In this document: in pieces, positions 50,501 through 62,722 of the stretch
How positions within the stretch are numbered: position 1 is the stretch's first letter
Layout: every line of letters begins with the position of its first letter
Assembly (NCBI GenBank): GCA_965153285.1
Contig: OZ229118.1
Direction: 5' to 3' (one strand)
DNA from: Podarcis tiliguerta
Lineage: Eukaryota
Length of the DNA: 64,000 bases
Translations under genes and position numbers: made by a program
Notes under the pieces: model-generated
The model's database searches: none
What the model saw: the letters and a program-made list of their open reading frames with translations, nothing else
What the model was told of the DNA's origin: nothing

Positions 50501-53500
50501 CAAGACAACAGATTCGCAAATGCTCTCAAACATACCCAAGTCAGCTGTGATTCCTGAAGTCAGCGAAGAGCCGGAAGATGACCCCGAAGGTGAGCCGACG
50601 AGGAGGTTCACACCAGAAGAAGAGATGTTTAAAATGGTGACTAAAGTCAAAATGTTTGATGAGCTGGAACAGGAAGCAAAGCAGAAGCGGGACTATAGAA
50701 AGGACCCCAAACAAGATGATGCTGCTTCAGCTTCTGATTTGGAAGCTGCGTCTGAACTGGAATTTGCACCCTCGCCGCCTGTAGAAGATGATGCCATACC
50801 TACTGTACTCACTTCTGCAGCTGAATCTAGAAAGACTTCTTCCTCTTCAGAAAGTGAGCCAGAATTAACAAAGCTGAAAAAGGAGGCTGACTCTGGGCTG
50901 CTGATGGAGCCTGTAATTAGGGTGCAGCCTCCTTCACCTCATCTTTGTCACAGGGGTTCCAGTTCTAGCCCTGAAGAAGCAGGGTTTCAGCCTATTGAAT
51001 CCAAGCAGCATGAATTTGGTACCGAAGAGGACAACACAGAATCAGATAAGCCAACAGAGGAAACCAAAATGTCTGGTGACACCTCTCTTGCCTCAGATAC
51101 TAGCATCATAGCACAAGCTAGCGAGTCCAAGTGCTACAGCACTGATGAGAGTGACACTGCTAGCCCTAATGGCCCCATGATGCAGCCTGAGGAGGCATTC
51201 TACCATTCTGTGGGTGGTGACGCCCCCAAAATAGCTGAGTTATATGAAAACTCAGCGGCGTCACACAACCAGGTTGATTGTGAGAAAGATGGTGGAGCAT
51301 CTGAAGAGGTAACACCCAGAGACATGGTTGCCATGGGAACCAGAGGGGACTCCTGTATCCCTGGCTCCTCTCATTGCTGTATATCCCCAAATGATGAATT
51401 GGCTACTGTTGTTTCACCTGTTCACTCCCCTTTTGGAAGTGATTTGGCTGAAACTAACAACATTGTAGAGATGGCACAAAGGGATTTTTGTAGTGTAGAA
51501 CACTCTGCAGACCATTCGCCTCAAACAACCCAAAAGGGTGACCCTGAAAGGAATGCAGATGATGTTGATGAAAGCAGTGCTCTGCCTATAACAAGCCCTT
51601 ATGAAAATGTCCCTTCACAGCACTTTTTTACTAGCACTGAAATTAGATCAGGAACTGGTTTAAGGATGACAACAGACCAGTCATCTGGGGTTCATCATTC
51701 TACTGAGGTAGAAACTACCTTCAGTGAGGAAATTGCGCTGACCAGTTCCCTTTGTACACCAGCATCTGTAGGTTCTGAGGTTCAGACCTCAGAAGATATC
51801 TATATGGAGTTAGAATCCAAACATGTGGACATCTTTCAGAAACAATCAACTTCAACATCAGAGGCCACGTCACTAGATGAAGCTGCTCTACAAGATATCA
51901 GAGATGAAGCTGAGAAAATAATCAACCAAGTGATCATAACCAGGACAGATGTGGATTCTGACAAGTGGAGTCAAATACGTGAAGATGATGATGCTTTTGA
52001 GGCTCGGGTGAAAGAGGAAGAACAAAGGATATTTGGCTTAATGGTAGACAGGAGATCACAAGGCACCACACCTGACACGACACCAGCCAGGACTCCTACA
52101 GAAGAAGGGACGCCTACCAGTGAACAAAACCCCTTCCTTTTCCAGGAAGGGAAATTGTTTGAAATGACAAGGAGTGGTGCCATTGACATGACCAAGAGGA
52201 ATTATTCTGATGAAAACTTACACTTTTTCCAAATGGGAGAGCAGTCTCAGGAAGATGTGTCCTTATCTGAAGAAATGAGAGAAGCCGAAGGCCTGGAATC
52301 TCTCCAGCAGGAGCAACCCCCAGTTCCATTTGCATCTTCTGAACTAGATGAAGCAGAGATGCCCATAAAAGGCTCACTCACGTCTGTATCAGAGGATGAG
52401 GCCAGTGGTTTCTACACCACAAAGGGGGATATTAAATCTAGAATCCCTATTAAAATGGGCATTTCAGCCTCTTCAAAGTCACCAAAGAAAGAAACTGCTG
52501 CTTCTGATGATGATGACTTCTTCCCTAGAGCTGATACTGAAGACATGTTTGACAGCTCCCAGGTGCCTTGCCCTGTCTCTCCTGAGCAGACTGTGATTGA
52601 TGTACAGTTAGATTTTTCAACAGTCACTAGGTCGGTGTATGCTGAGCAGGAAGATGATTCCCCAGACTCCTCACCAGAGGAGCAGAAATCTGTGATTGAA
52701 ATCCCCACTGCCATCATGGAAAGTGTGCCTTCTGAAAGCAAATCCAAAATTCCCATTAGGACAACTCCCGCTGCATCCCACTCATTGCAACAATCAGAGC
52801 TTGAGAGCCTTCCTTCAGATAGCTTTGTTGAGGCCCTAGAGGAATCGGAGGATGACCCGTCCAAACCAAAGTCTAAGATTCCAGTCAAAGCAGTTTTCCA
52901 AAGAGTTGAACAAGAGTGTTTGTATACAGAGACGTCTGTCTGGAAGCCAGAGTCAGCTAAAGCGCTTGACAAAACATGCAAGCTACCTGCGAAACAAGAG
53001 ATTAGGAGCAAATCTGAATCTGATGAAAGTGCCTCCGTGGACTCAAAGGCTAAGCGTTCAGTCAAAGCTAGAAGCTATGCTGAGGCCGAAGCAGAAACCA
53101 GAGAGAGGGTGGGTGAGATGAAGCTTGAGGTAGAATCAGACGAGCAGACGACTTCACGACCAAAGATATTTCCTTCGCGGTTGCCCGTTAAGAACAGAAG
53201 CGCCTCAGCTTCCCGCAGTGCTGTTAGTCCCACTAAAGAAAGTAAGGAACATTTTTTTGACCTTTACAAAAACTCCATAGAGTTCTTTGAAGAGATTAGC
53301 GATGAAGCTTCCAAATTAGTGGATAGACTTACTCAGTCAGAGAAAGAACAAGAATTAGTTTCAGATGATGAAAGTAGTAGCGCCCTAGAAGTTTCAGTTA
53401 TTGAAAATGTGCCATCCATTGAGACCCAGCAGTCAGTTGCCGAGGACATCTTTGACACCAGGCCCATTTGGGATGAGTCTATTGAGACTCTGATTGAGCG

Positions 53501-53535
53501 TATTCCTGATGAAAATGTCCCTGACCATGTTGAAG
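47527..53535 (+). CDS. ANK2: ANK2 giant neuronal exon (440-kDa ankyrin-B insert), 6009 nt, 2003 codons
   Basis: Lies in ORF 47385-53579; tcaaag|ATGATG...GTTGAAG|gtattt, phase 1-1, length divisible by 3; [21 protein letters not shown]...DTRPIWDESIETLIERIPDENVPDHVE. Confidence 0.95.
48540..48887 (+). repeat. Coding 27-nt (9-aa) tandem repeat array in the giant exon, 13 units
   Basis: 7 x xxxS(P/S)SASK, one 8-aa unit LSSPSTKK, then 5 x PxVSPxxK(K/T). Confidence 0.92.
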
Positions 53536-53961
53536 GTATTTGCCAGCCATTGGGATTCCCTTTGCTACGCATGTCATGAATCGCAATTCTTTGGTTGTTG
53601 TTTCTTCCCTTCTTTCCCCCTTGCTTTTTTTTGTGTGTGGTTTGTGTGTCTCCTTTTTAAAGCTTCCTGTGGTTGTCAATGTGTTTTGTGTAAGCTCCGT
53701 TTGTTTTGTTTTATGTTGTGTATGTATTTTACTATCCCTGAAACAATCTCAAGATTGCACACTGCAAATGCTTACGCAAAGGATAAAACAGCAATATAGT
53801 ATTTTTTTGTTAAAACAACAACAACATTTGTTCATGTTGTTTAACTAACAAATTTAGAGCATTATTATTTCGCTTCTAATACAGCTGACCACGCAAGTTT
53901 TAGTTTTTGGATTCTCTTCACTATAATTGAATCACTTTGCCATGAATTACTTTTGACACAG

Positions 53962-53970
53962 ATGAACCAG
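53962..53970 (+). CDS. ANK2: Candidate ANK2 microexon, 9 nt
   Basis: ttttgacacag|ATGAACCAG|gtaaga; strong donor, frame-preserving in phase 1, adds (D/H)EP. Confidence 0.55.
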
Positions 53971-54942
53971 GTAAGATAAATATAATTCAGGATATGCAAG
54001 TCCATATAGCTGTGCCAAAAGCAAAGTTATTAGTGCCTTAAAAAAACTCCAACCCTTTTATTGTTGCTTTAATTTTGCTTGGCACCATTTACTAATGGAA
54101 GGTGGTGCACTGGATTTATGAACTTAGTCATGTTAAATTCAATGCCCAATGTTTAGATCCATTTTTTAAAAAAGAACTTCCTATAATAGCACTAAGGAGC
54201 AATAAGAGGAAAATATGGTAACTGAATTTTGAGCTGTAGAGACTATGACTTCAAATGCATACATAGGAAAACAAAAACTCAAACTCTGCTGGTATCAGAT
54301 TGGCTGTTGGGGTTATTAATTCTTGCTGCTTTGGTGCAAATATCGCTGAGAAAAAGTGTGCACTTGCTTTTGCATGCCTTCTTTGTAAAGAGCTAGGAAT
54401 GCAACATGTTCTAGCAAAAAAACAAACAAACAAACTTAATACTGCTAAATACTAATGCTGCACAGATATCATGATCTGGAAATCTTTTTGATGGTTGTAA
54501 GCAGTGCAATTTTTAAAATATGATGCTCTTAATGTTTGAAATGAAGTTTCGGATACATCACCTAATATTGCAAATATGAGTTTGATGGCCATTTGCCATT
54601 ACTTTAAAGAGGCATGAAAAAACATATTTCCTGCTCCAGCAAATTATTTATCTTTCCCTTTGTTTTGTTTTATTTTAAATGTTTAGGAGTTATGAGCTCC
54701 AAAATAAAATTGAGGACAGTGTTTTCCAAAGCCTCCAATACCAACTCAATTAAGCGGGCATTTTAAATAAAGTGCTTTGTATTCAAATATTTCCATTCTA
54801 GCTACATACCAAGAGCTTTGGTTTCCTTTGAAAGCAGACACTGTTAAACACTGGCCTTATTTTATGGAGTCTCTCCCCGTGAGGCAGATCAGTTTTGCCT
54901 TAAAAACAAAACAAAAACCTGTCCTGTTTGACCTTGCTTTAG

Positions 54943-55017
54943 ATCAACAGGATGATCAAGAAAGGATAGAGGAAAGACTGGCACATATCGCTGATCACCT
55001 TGGATTCAGCTGGACAG
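54943..55017 (+). CDS. ANK2: ANK2 exon, start of death domain, 75 nt
   Basis: ctttag|ATCAAC...TGGACAG|gtaagc; [24 protein letters not shown](E). Confidence 0.95.
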
Positions 55018-56190
55018 GTAAGCTCTAATGTGGTTGAGATCAGAACCATCTTAGGGAAATGAAACTTCTAGCTCTTCTTCCCTATGTGTTGAGACACCAA
55101 CTTGAATTACAGCTGCCTACCAGGGACGGTAGCTGTAGATCCGACTGGCATGTTTTATTACAGATTTTACTTAAGTTATTCCTACATGCTCAGGAAAAGC
55201 ATTGTGTGAATTCTTAACACAGAGAACGTACTGAGATTTTGATCCGAAATGGCTGCCAGAATGCAGGTGCTGGATAGTAAAAGTAATCCCTGTACGGCCA
55301 CTTTTGTTTTTTGAGTGAAGAGCAACACATTTGGCTTTTTGAGGCAGAACAGCAGATGGTTCTCATCCACCCAAGGTATACAGCACCCAAGGCCGATCAA
55401 GTTATCTTAGCACAGCATGATACATGACATCCAAAACTCAAATCATTAACAATTTGCTTCCCTTTTGTGATGTACCAAATCAGCTTAAAGCAACTGCCTT
55501 ATTCTACCTAATGTTTGGACTGGCCCTGGAGAAGAAAACCAGATATAGCTTCTGTTTCCTCTAAACTGAAGCTGAGATGTGACAAATGTGAATGAAAATA
55601 GCTAATACCCTACATGTAGTTGAAGCTACAAATAGTCCCTAGGTAATACACAGAAGGATATTGGTTTCACAAGAAAGGCAGGTAATTAGCAAGGATGCAC
55701 CAAACAATTCTAGACATATCTACTCAGAGGTAAGTTTTATTGAGTCAATAGGGCTTGCTCTCAGAAAGCAGGCATAAGAATGAAGCCTAACAGATTAAAT
55801 TTAAGTGGGACAGAGAGGGAAAGTGAAGTGGTGGATGATGCCATCCCATCTTCAAAATCCCCACAAGTTTTTCAGGGAATAGGATGGATATTTGACCCTT
55901 TGAATTCAGTTGCAGCATGGCATATTCTGAGGTATCTCAGGAAAAAGAAGGGGCTTTGGCTTCAACAGATTCAAGGCTTCCTCCAGCCTGCTCCCAGAAT
56001 GCTACATTTCTGGGGCTACTGCTTAACCCTATAATGGCTTAACCTTATAAATATCTACTCAGAAGTAAGTCTCATTGTTTTTATCAGACTTTGCTCCCGG
56101 GTAAATGTTAAATGCACTTAAAATAGGTGTTAAGTATTTAAAAGGAAATGTGTGACTGTTTGAAATTATTTTAATAATGTGCATTTTCAG

Positions 56191-56322
56191 AGCTAGCAAG
56201 AGAACTGGATTTCACAGAGGAACAAATTCATCAGATCCGAATTGAGAATCCTAATTCACTGCAGGACCAGAGTCACGCACTGCTGAAATATTGGCTGGAA
56301 CGTGATGGGAAACATGCTACTG
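56191..56322 (+). CDS. ANK2: ANK2 exon, death domain, 132 nt
   Basis: tttcag|AGCTAG...GCTACTG|gtatgc; [43 protein letters not shown]. Confidence 0.95.
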
Positions 56323-57059
56323 GTATGCTCAGTTTTAGTAGATACCTTCATTTTCTTGGCAAAAGAGCCTAGTGAGTATACATGTACTTCGCTGAAGTGC
56401 AACACTGACAAGAATTCACATGCATAATACAAAGGGGAAAGTGGCAGTACAGTCCCACATTTCCACCCTCTTTCTCCACTGCCAGTGCTGACATCTTTGG
56501 TTGACATTCTCACAGCTGTTGTGAAGGAACTGAATGGCCCTGGTTTGCCCTTGAGCTATGCAAAAAATGTCTTCGTAAGAGAGGCATTCCTCTGCACCCA
56601 ATAAATTGATGAGAATGGCAGACAAAAACCGCAGGAGAAATTTATGACACAGCACCACTCACAGCAGGGTGAGGAGCTGCCAGCTGCCAGTGACCCCCAA
56701 TAAAGCCCATTTGCAGGCACAATTTGGATTCAAACCTCATCTGTAAATGGACATTTTTGCTCTGCAGGCAGGACCTCAAAGGGGGTTCCTGTAACTGCTG
56801 GTCAGCAGATGTAGCAAGCCTCTTTGAACTGTTTATAGGTGGACAACCTTTAGTTATAGGTAAGTAGCCTACCTTTTCCAAGTGTTTGGGGATAACCTCA
56901 AGGCGGACAGAAGAAAAAGGCATATATTTTCATCATTCATCTCCAAATTCAAGGTGCTAATGCAGACTTCTGAATTATACTCTTTTGCTGTGTGAATCTG
57001 GAGGACAGGGAAAAGAGCACACACAGCTCAAATAAAGTCTGGTCTCTTCTGTATCACAG

Positions 57060-57200
57060 ATTCAAGCCTTACTGAGTGTCTTACAAAAATAAATCGTATG
57101 GATATTGTTCATCTCATGGAGAACACTATGGAAACATCCCGAGACCATAATCGCACCTATGCAGAAATTGAACAGACAATAGGACTGGATCATAGTGAAG
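57060..57200 (+). CDS. ANK2: ANK2 exon, end of death domain, 141 nt
   Basis: tcacag|ATTCAA...AGTGAAG|gtaagg; [46 protein letters not shown]. Confidence 0.94.
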
Positions 57201-57784
57201 GTAAGGGTGAACTCACACATCTCTGCTCACTGTTTAGTAACTTGTCGGCACTGATGACACAACCATCAAACCCCTCTTATTGAGAATTCAACCTGATTTG
57301 CTTGCACAAAAATTAGGCAGTGGTTAGATTATAGACAGTCTTTGTTGATTACTCATCCTGTTTTGCTTGTGGGGTGTTTGTTTATCCCACACTTTTCAAT
57401 GCATTTCCCTGTTGTTTACCAACCCTCAAGATGGCAGATTATTTTTTAAAAGTGCATTTGCTGCACTAGGGCAACAGTGCCTTTTAAATCTAAATTTCTG
57501 ATAAATGCTTGAATCCCTCCCACAAGATAGGGACAATCTGGAGGCATCCAAAGACGGAGCATTCATACAGAGCACATTACATCAACAATGATGCTTTTCA
57601 GTATTAGCAGTTTAGACACTCAAGGTGTGAGTCATTCCGTGAGTGTCAAGATGTCTGCATGTGTGTTGGAATCATCTCTCAATGCTTTTAATGCTAGGCT
57701 TAGCAGGAGGCATGTGTAGGGTAATGAAACCCTAAAATATCAATATACAGCACAAATGGGAACATTTTTAACTGGAAGGAAAGC

Positions 57785-58281
57785 TGTGTCCAGTTCTGGG
57801 CACCACAGTTCAAGAAGGACACTGACAAACTGGAACGTGCCCAGAGGAGGGCAACCAAAATGGTCAAAAGTCTGGAAACGATGCCTTATGAGGAACGGCT
57901 AAGGGAGCTGGGCATGTTTAGCCTGGAGAAGAGGTGGTTAAGGGGTGATATGATAGCCATGCGCAAATATATAAAAGGATGTCATATAGAGGAGGGAGAA
58001 AGGTTGTTTTCTGCTGCTCCAGAGAAGCGGACACGGAGCAATGGATCCAAACTACAAGAAAGAAGATTCCACCTAAACATTAGGAAGAACTTCCTGACAG
58101 TAAGAGCTGTTCGACAGTGGAATTTGCTGCCAAGGAGTGTGGTGGAGTCTCCTTCTTTGGAGGTCTTTAAGCAGAGGCTTGACAACCATATGCCAGGAGT
58201 GCTCTGATGGTGTTTCCTGCTTGGCAGGGGGTTGGACTCGATGGCCCTTGTGGTCTATTGCAACTCTATGATTCTATGATT
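57785..58281 (+). mobile_element. Young 5'-truncated CR1 LINE (ORF2 C-terminus + 3' UTR)
   Basis: [27 protein letters not shown]...[22 protein letters not shown]... open to 58207; ends in (ATTCTATG)n-type tail. Confidence 0.93.
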
Positions 58282-58496
58282 CAGGTTGCTGTCTGTGGAA
58301 GTTGCCTGATGGTATGAGTAGTTAAGCAATGGGGACAATTACCCAGAGGGGTGGTGGGCTCTTCTTCACTGGAGTTCTTCAAACAGAAGCTAAAGAGTAA
58401 TGTCCTGTGGATGCTCCAGCTCTGGCCTATCTGGATCAAGCTGGGGGTTGGCCTCTGAAGCACCTCCCCCCCAACTCGATGGTTCTATGCTCTATG
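58282..58496 (+). mobile_element. Older CR1 3' fragment adjoining the young copy
   Basis: caatggggacaattacccagaggggtggtgggctcttcttcactggagttcttcaaacagaagct...ttctatgctctatg parallels 58115-58281. Confidence 0.7.
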
Positions 58497-58549
58497 TCAG
58501 CAGACATTTTTGTATGTGCTTTTGTGTGTGGTGCCCCTACATGAAACCT

Positions 58550-58936
58550 TAGGAAGTGGGAGAAATTCGATTCAGTTCACACTTCAAGATGAACCTTCCT
58601 ACTTTGTTTATTCCAAACGAATACACAAAAGTGAAACACAGCGATCCTTTGAAATTCACACTTCTGCAAATTATGCAGTACGGCTCTCCAGCCAGGTAAT
58701 TTGTATGAGGGCAAAGTGTGCATAAAAATGCAAATATTGGGGGAAATTGCTTTGCAGAAATATGTATATTAGGCAAAAAAATTCATGCAATGGAAAAATG
58801 TGTACTGAAATAATAATGAATTTTCAGGAGCAATTTTTTTAAAAAAATTGCAAGCTGATGTGGAAAGGCATAGAATTTAAGATTAGAAAAACAAGAAACA
58901 GAGAGAAACCAAAACTGACAGATTTGCCTCTCCCTA
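58550..58936. mobile_element. Possible old hAT-type MITE
   Basis: Degenerate inverted ends tagga.gtgggagaaatt...cagtt / aaactgacagatttgcctctcccta; no clear TSD. Confidence 0.35.
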
Positions 58937-59031
58937 CTCAGCACCACCACAAATCTGCAGGTAGATGTAAACTGGGCAGACCTTCCCAATTTATATGGGA
59001 AGACCAAATAATTGTTTTTACCTTGCTGTAG

Positions 59032-59311
59032 GTTTTTCTGCACTCCGTGAAGATCTGTACAGCACAAGAGATAAGAAGGAAGAAGAGCATTCTTTTTCTA
59101 AAGACAGTGAGCCATCAGATCACCCTCCCCTTGTCTCTGAGGAAGACATTTCTGTGAGTTACTCACCCTTGCATGACGGCACACCTAGAGGTGAGGCGGA
59201 ACTGTCCATTACAGAACTCCTACGACAAGCACACAAGGAGCGAGTGGAAGCTGAATTCTCAGGGAAATCTCATGCGCTGCCAGAAGATTCATCTACTACA
59301 CAAGAATACTT
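59032..59311 (+). CDS. ANK2: ANK2 exon, C-terminal regulatory domain, 280 nt
   Basis: ctgtag|GTTTTT...TACTT|gtaaga; FSALREDLYSTRDKKEEEH...PPLVSEEDISVSYSP...STTQEY(F). Confidence 0.92.
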
Positions 59312-59946
59312 GTAAGAATCCCAAGATTGCAGACCCAAAATGATGGCATATTGTGAGAAATGTACCGTACGCTCTGTTGACCTCTATAAAACACACACAC
59401 AAGTGCACTATTTAGATTCCATATATTATGTTTTCTGTTTCACAAACTAAATTGATTTAAGACACCTGCTTTCAGAGCTGCAAGTTCTTCATGCTCATGT
59501 ATTCAGAGCAGACACACATTAGAAAGTGTTATATTCTCAGTCAAATATGAACTCTATGTGACTATAGACATACGTCAGTTAGAGGAATTACTGAGCCAAT
59601 GAATTTCCAAAGGACAAAAGAGAGAAAAATTAGGGGTTGTATCCAATTGTATCCCTCAACTCACGGAAGGATTTTTCCTCCAGTGGAGTCTATGAACAGA
59701 AGGTAGAGGAGGATTTTTTGGGATGGGTGACCACCTGGGACTGGGAACACAATTGCACTGTCTTGAGTTCCATAATGGGAGAAAGGCAAGATATAAATGT
59801 AAGAAAATAAAATAGGAAAACATAATAGGGAAGTTCCAATATATTTCCAAGCAAGAAAGAAGTGTTGAACCGTTAAGAGCAAGGATGGAGAGTGGTCCTC
59901 CTAAGGTTTATATTAAACTAATGTAAACCTTAAAGTCATCTTGAAT

Positions 59947-60012
59947 ATTTACCCTGACATTCAGTGCTTATTCACTAGAATTTACCCTGACATTCAGTGC
60001 TTATTCACTAGA
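59947..60012. repeat. 33-bp perfect tandem duplication
   Basis: ATTTACCCTGACATTCAGTGCTTATTCACTAGA x2. Confidence 0.92.
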
Positions 60013-60063
60013 AACATAGAACATATAATAATTAGGTACCTTGAATTCAACTTTAATTCACAG

Positions 60064-60340
60064 TGTCACAACTTCTGGAGCAACACAGGCACCAAAAGGA
60101 GAAAAAGCAACAAGCATTCCCAGCGAAAAGTCTGAGGGCTCTACTGCAGGCTCTGAGGATCTTGAAAGGCCATACCTTCATACCCCAACATCTAGTGAAC
60201 GAACAGATTCACCCATTGTGCAAGAACCTGAAGACCACCAAGAAGATCTTTATCCAAGGAAAAATAGTCTGGTGATTGTGGAATCAATTGATGAACACCC
60301 AGAAGAGTCAGAAAGATATGAAGAAGAGTTGCTGGAAAAG
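60064..60340 (+). CDS. ANK2: ANK2 exon, C-terminal regulatory domain, 277 nt
   Basis: tcacag|TGTCAC...GAAAAG|gtaagt; VTTSGATQ...YLHTPTSSERTDSPIVQEPE...PRKNSLVIVES...EELLEK. Confidence 0.92.
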
Positions 60341-60753
60341 GTAAGTGTTACCGCTCGCTTGATGAATCACAATGTTACTCCTGCACACATCAGAGGAATT
60401 ATTATTCAGGGGAGTAACATCTTTAATCTGATCTTAGTCAGTACCAAGGAACAAAATGTATGAATAATAAATACCAATGTTCCTCCACACATAACTGGCC
60501 AAAACCAATTCCAACTACAAACAGAATATAAATGAAAGAAATCTGCCGTTGAAAACACAAAGCGGTAGGTAGCACAGAAGGGGAAAAGTAGACAGAAAAC
60601 TTCTGTCAACTAGGTTTAGAATAGGATGAACATGGCAGCAACCCAAAATAAAATGTTCCAGAATGGATTCATGAAAGAGAATGTATTGCTAAAGAAATCC
60701 TTTGGAAAAGAATAGTGAATATCCTATATTTAGTACAACTAAGAGCTTCACAG

Positions 60754-61103
60754 GGGACGCAGGTGGCGCTGTGGGTTAAACCACAGAGCCTAGGACTTGC
60801 AGATTAGAAGGTCGGCGGTTCAAATACCCGCGATGGGGTGAGCTCCTGTTGCTCGGTCCCTGCCCCTGCCAACCTAGCAGTCTGAAAGCACATCAAATAG
60901 CAAGTAGATAAATAGGTACCGCTCTGGCGGGAAGGTAAACAGCGTTTCCGTGCACTGCTCTGGTTTGCCAGAAGTGACTTAGTCATGCTGGCCACATGAC
61001 CTGGAAGTTGTACCCTGGCTCCCTCGCCAATAAAGCGATATGAGTGCTGCAACCGCAGAGTGGGCCACGACTGGACCTAAAAGTCAGGGGTCCCTTTACC
61101 TTT
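60754..61103 (+). mobile_element. Full-length Sauria SINE (Squam1)
   Basis: gggacgcaggtggcgctgtgggttaaacc head, B-box ggttcaaatac, gcaagtagataaataggtacc core, cctttaccttt tail; 14-bp TSD TAAG(A/G)GCTTCACAG at 60740-60753 and 61104-61117. Confidence 0.93.
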
Positions 61104-61142
61104 TAAGGGCTTCACAGATGCCATTTTCCCCTGTATGGAGAT

Positions 61143-61293
61143 GATAGGAACCTATAAGCTGCTCCATACCAAGTCATTGGTCTCTGTAGCTCAATATTGT
61201 CTGCATTGACCAGGATGTCAGGCAGGACTCATTCTCAGCCCTTCCTAAAGATTCTGGAAATTGAACCCAGGATCTTCTGCATGCAAAGGAGAT
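61143..61293 (-). mobile_element. Squam3-like SINE, degenerate
   Basis: Reverse complement of the family at 14563/17295: taggaac.tataagctgc...attgaacccaggatcttctgcatgcaaa. Confidence 0.7.
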
Positions 61294-62629
61294 TCCCAGA
61301 TCTCTGTGTAGGGTTGGGTGGGGTGGGGATGCAGGAAATGTTTGGAAGCCAATATGTGCCTTTCTTATTGGTGTATATGCAACAAACAAAACATTGATGT
61401 GTTGACATCCTACATGTCAGCGTTCCTCTTCCTTTGTTTTACAGAGAGGTCGTTAGTGATTAGTGGAAGCTCTTTGGCTCTGTTCAGAATTGGACCTGTC
61501 ACATGCAACTATTTCACACACAAATTCCCTCAAACAGAAACACCTCATTTTTTGCCAAGGCCAATTATGAAATTTGGACCCTATCCTACTTCAAATTGGG
61601 TGTGTCAGCCAAATGTTATTCAGCCCACCCCTCTCCCCAAGCACCTGCATCCAGTCCTGCTGCCCCTTTCCAGGTATCTGGCAGTGGGGAGGTTTGATGA
61701 AGGCGTATCTGAAAGATTTGTATTCCCTTTTTTTCTCACTAGCATCTCTTGTAACTACCTAATGGCAACACCCCAGACATCAGGACTTCTAGGAAATAAG
61801 GTGTCTGAGGATGGGCATCAAGTACCCTGGAAACATGCTCCAATATTCTCTGTATCTGGGATGCTGCTAAGTATGCCCACTCTGTGGTTTAAACAACACG
61901 CAAAGCATGTTGTTTCCAGGGCACTTGCTGAGGACAATCTGAGGAATCCTGGGAAACTTTACTCTCTGGTGCACGGAATGCGGAGAGGCACTCCATTTGC
62001 ATTCCAAGCCAAGTCATGCACTTCAGCAACAACGCTTGAGCTCACATTGCTTTTGTCCACATATAATGCTGACCATATAAACCATGGTTAGGGAAATTAG
62101 CTTGTGCATAAGCAGTCCCTCCCAGTCGCTTCCCCATGGAGTGACTGGCCTAGCATTATACATGAACAAACCACACAATCAGAAGCCTTTTCTCTCTCTT
62201 TGACTTCTCCTGCCCAGGTTTATTTCCTTTTAAAAAAAAAAGTTTATACCCAGCAGATCTTTTTTTTAACAGTGAATTGTATACCTTTTAATTAAATAAT
62301 TAAATACAAAAGCTTTTCTCTGATTAGATTTATAGAGAATGGAAAGTTTTTGGATTGTATCCAAGTTGTTCAAGCACTTTGCACCTTGGCTAATACATGA
62401 TTTCAAATAACAACAACGACAACAAAAATAGTCTAGATGGTATCACACATTTAAAGGCAATTTTAGTGTCTCATGTTATGCTTAAGGGAAGAAGTAATGC
62501 AGCTTCTGTTAAAGCTGTGAGCATTTGTGTTGTTTCCATTGTGCTAATAGAAGAGGGGCCAAATGCTGTTCATTCACACCATGCTACTATATCTGTATGA
62601 TAAGAGCCATGCTTCCATGCTTCCACTAG

Positions 62630-62722
62630 GAGCTAGCAGAGGAATTAGGTGAGCTGGAGGCCAGCTCAGATGAGGAAGAGATGGTAACTACCAGGGTCGT
62701 TCGCCGCCGGGTGATTATTCAG
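62630..62722 (+). CDS. ANK2: ANK2 cassette exon (obscurin-binding type motif), 93 nt
   Basis: cactag|GAGCTA...ATTCAG|gtacag; ELAEELGELEASSDEEEMVTTRVVRRRVIIQ, phase 0-0. Confidence 0.9.

Noticed and set aside
52412-53065. 217-aa minus-strand ORF (and other antisense ORFs at 47688-53572)
   Set aside because: Antisense shadows of the biased codon usage of the giant exon; no recognisable domain or gene signals.
47385-53579. 2064-aa ORF as a stand-alone intronless gene
   Set aside because: It begins at a GTG inside splice-acceptor context and is the ANK2 giant exon plus intron read-through at both ends.
53536-53579. Read-through of the giant-exon donor as an alternative C-terminus
   Set aside because: No clear AATAAA nearby; short read-through to a stop is expected by chance.
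61318-62091. 257-aa plus-strand ORF
   Set aside because: Intronic, non-ATG start, no recognisable homology or coding-like composition, no matching splice phase.
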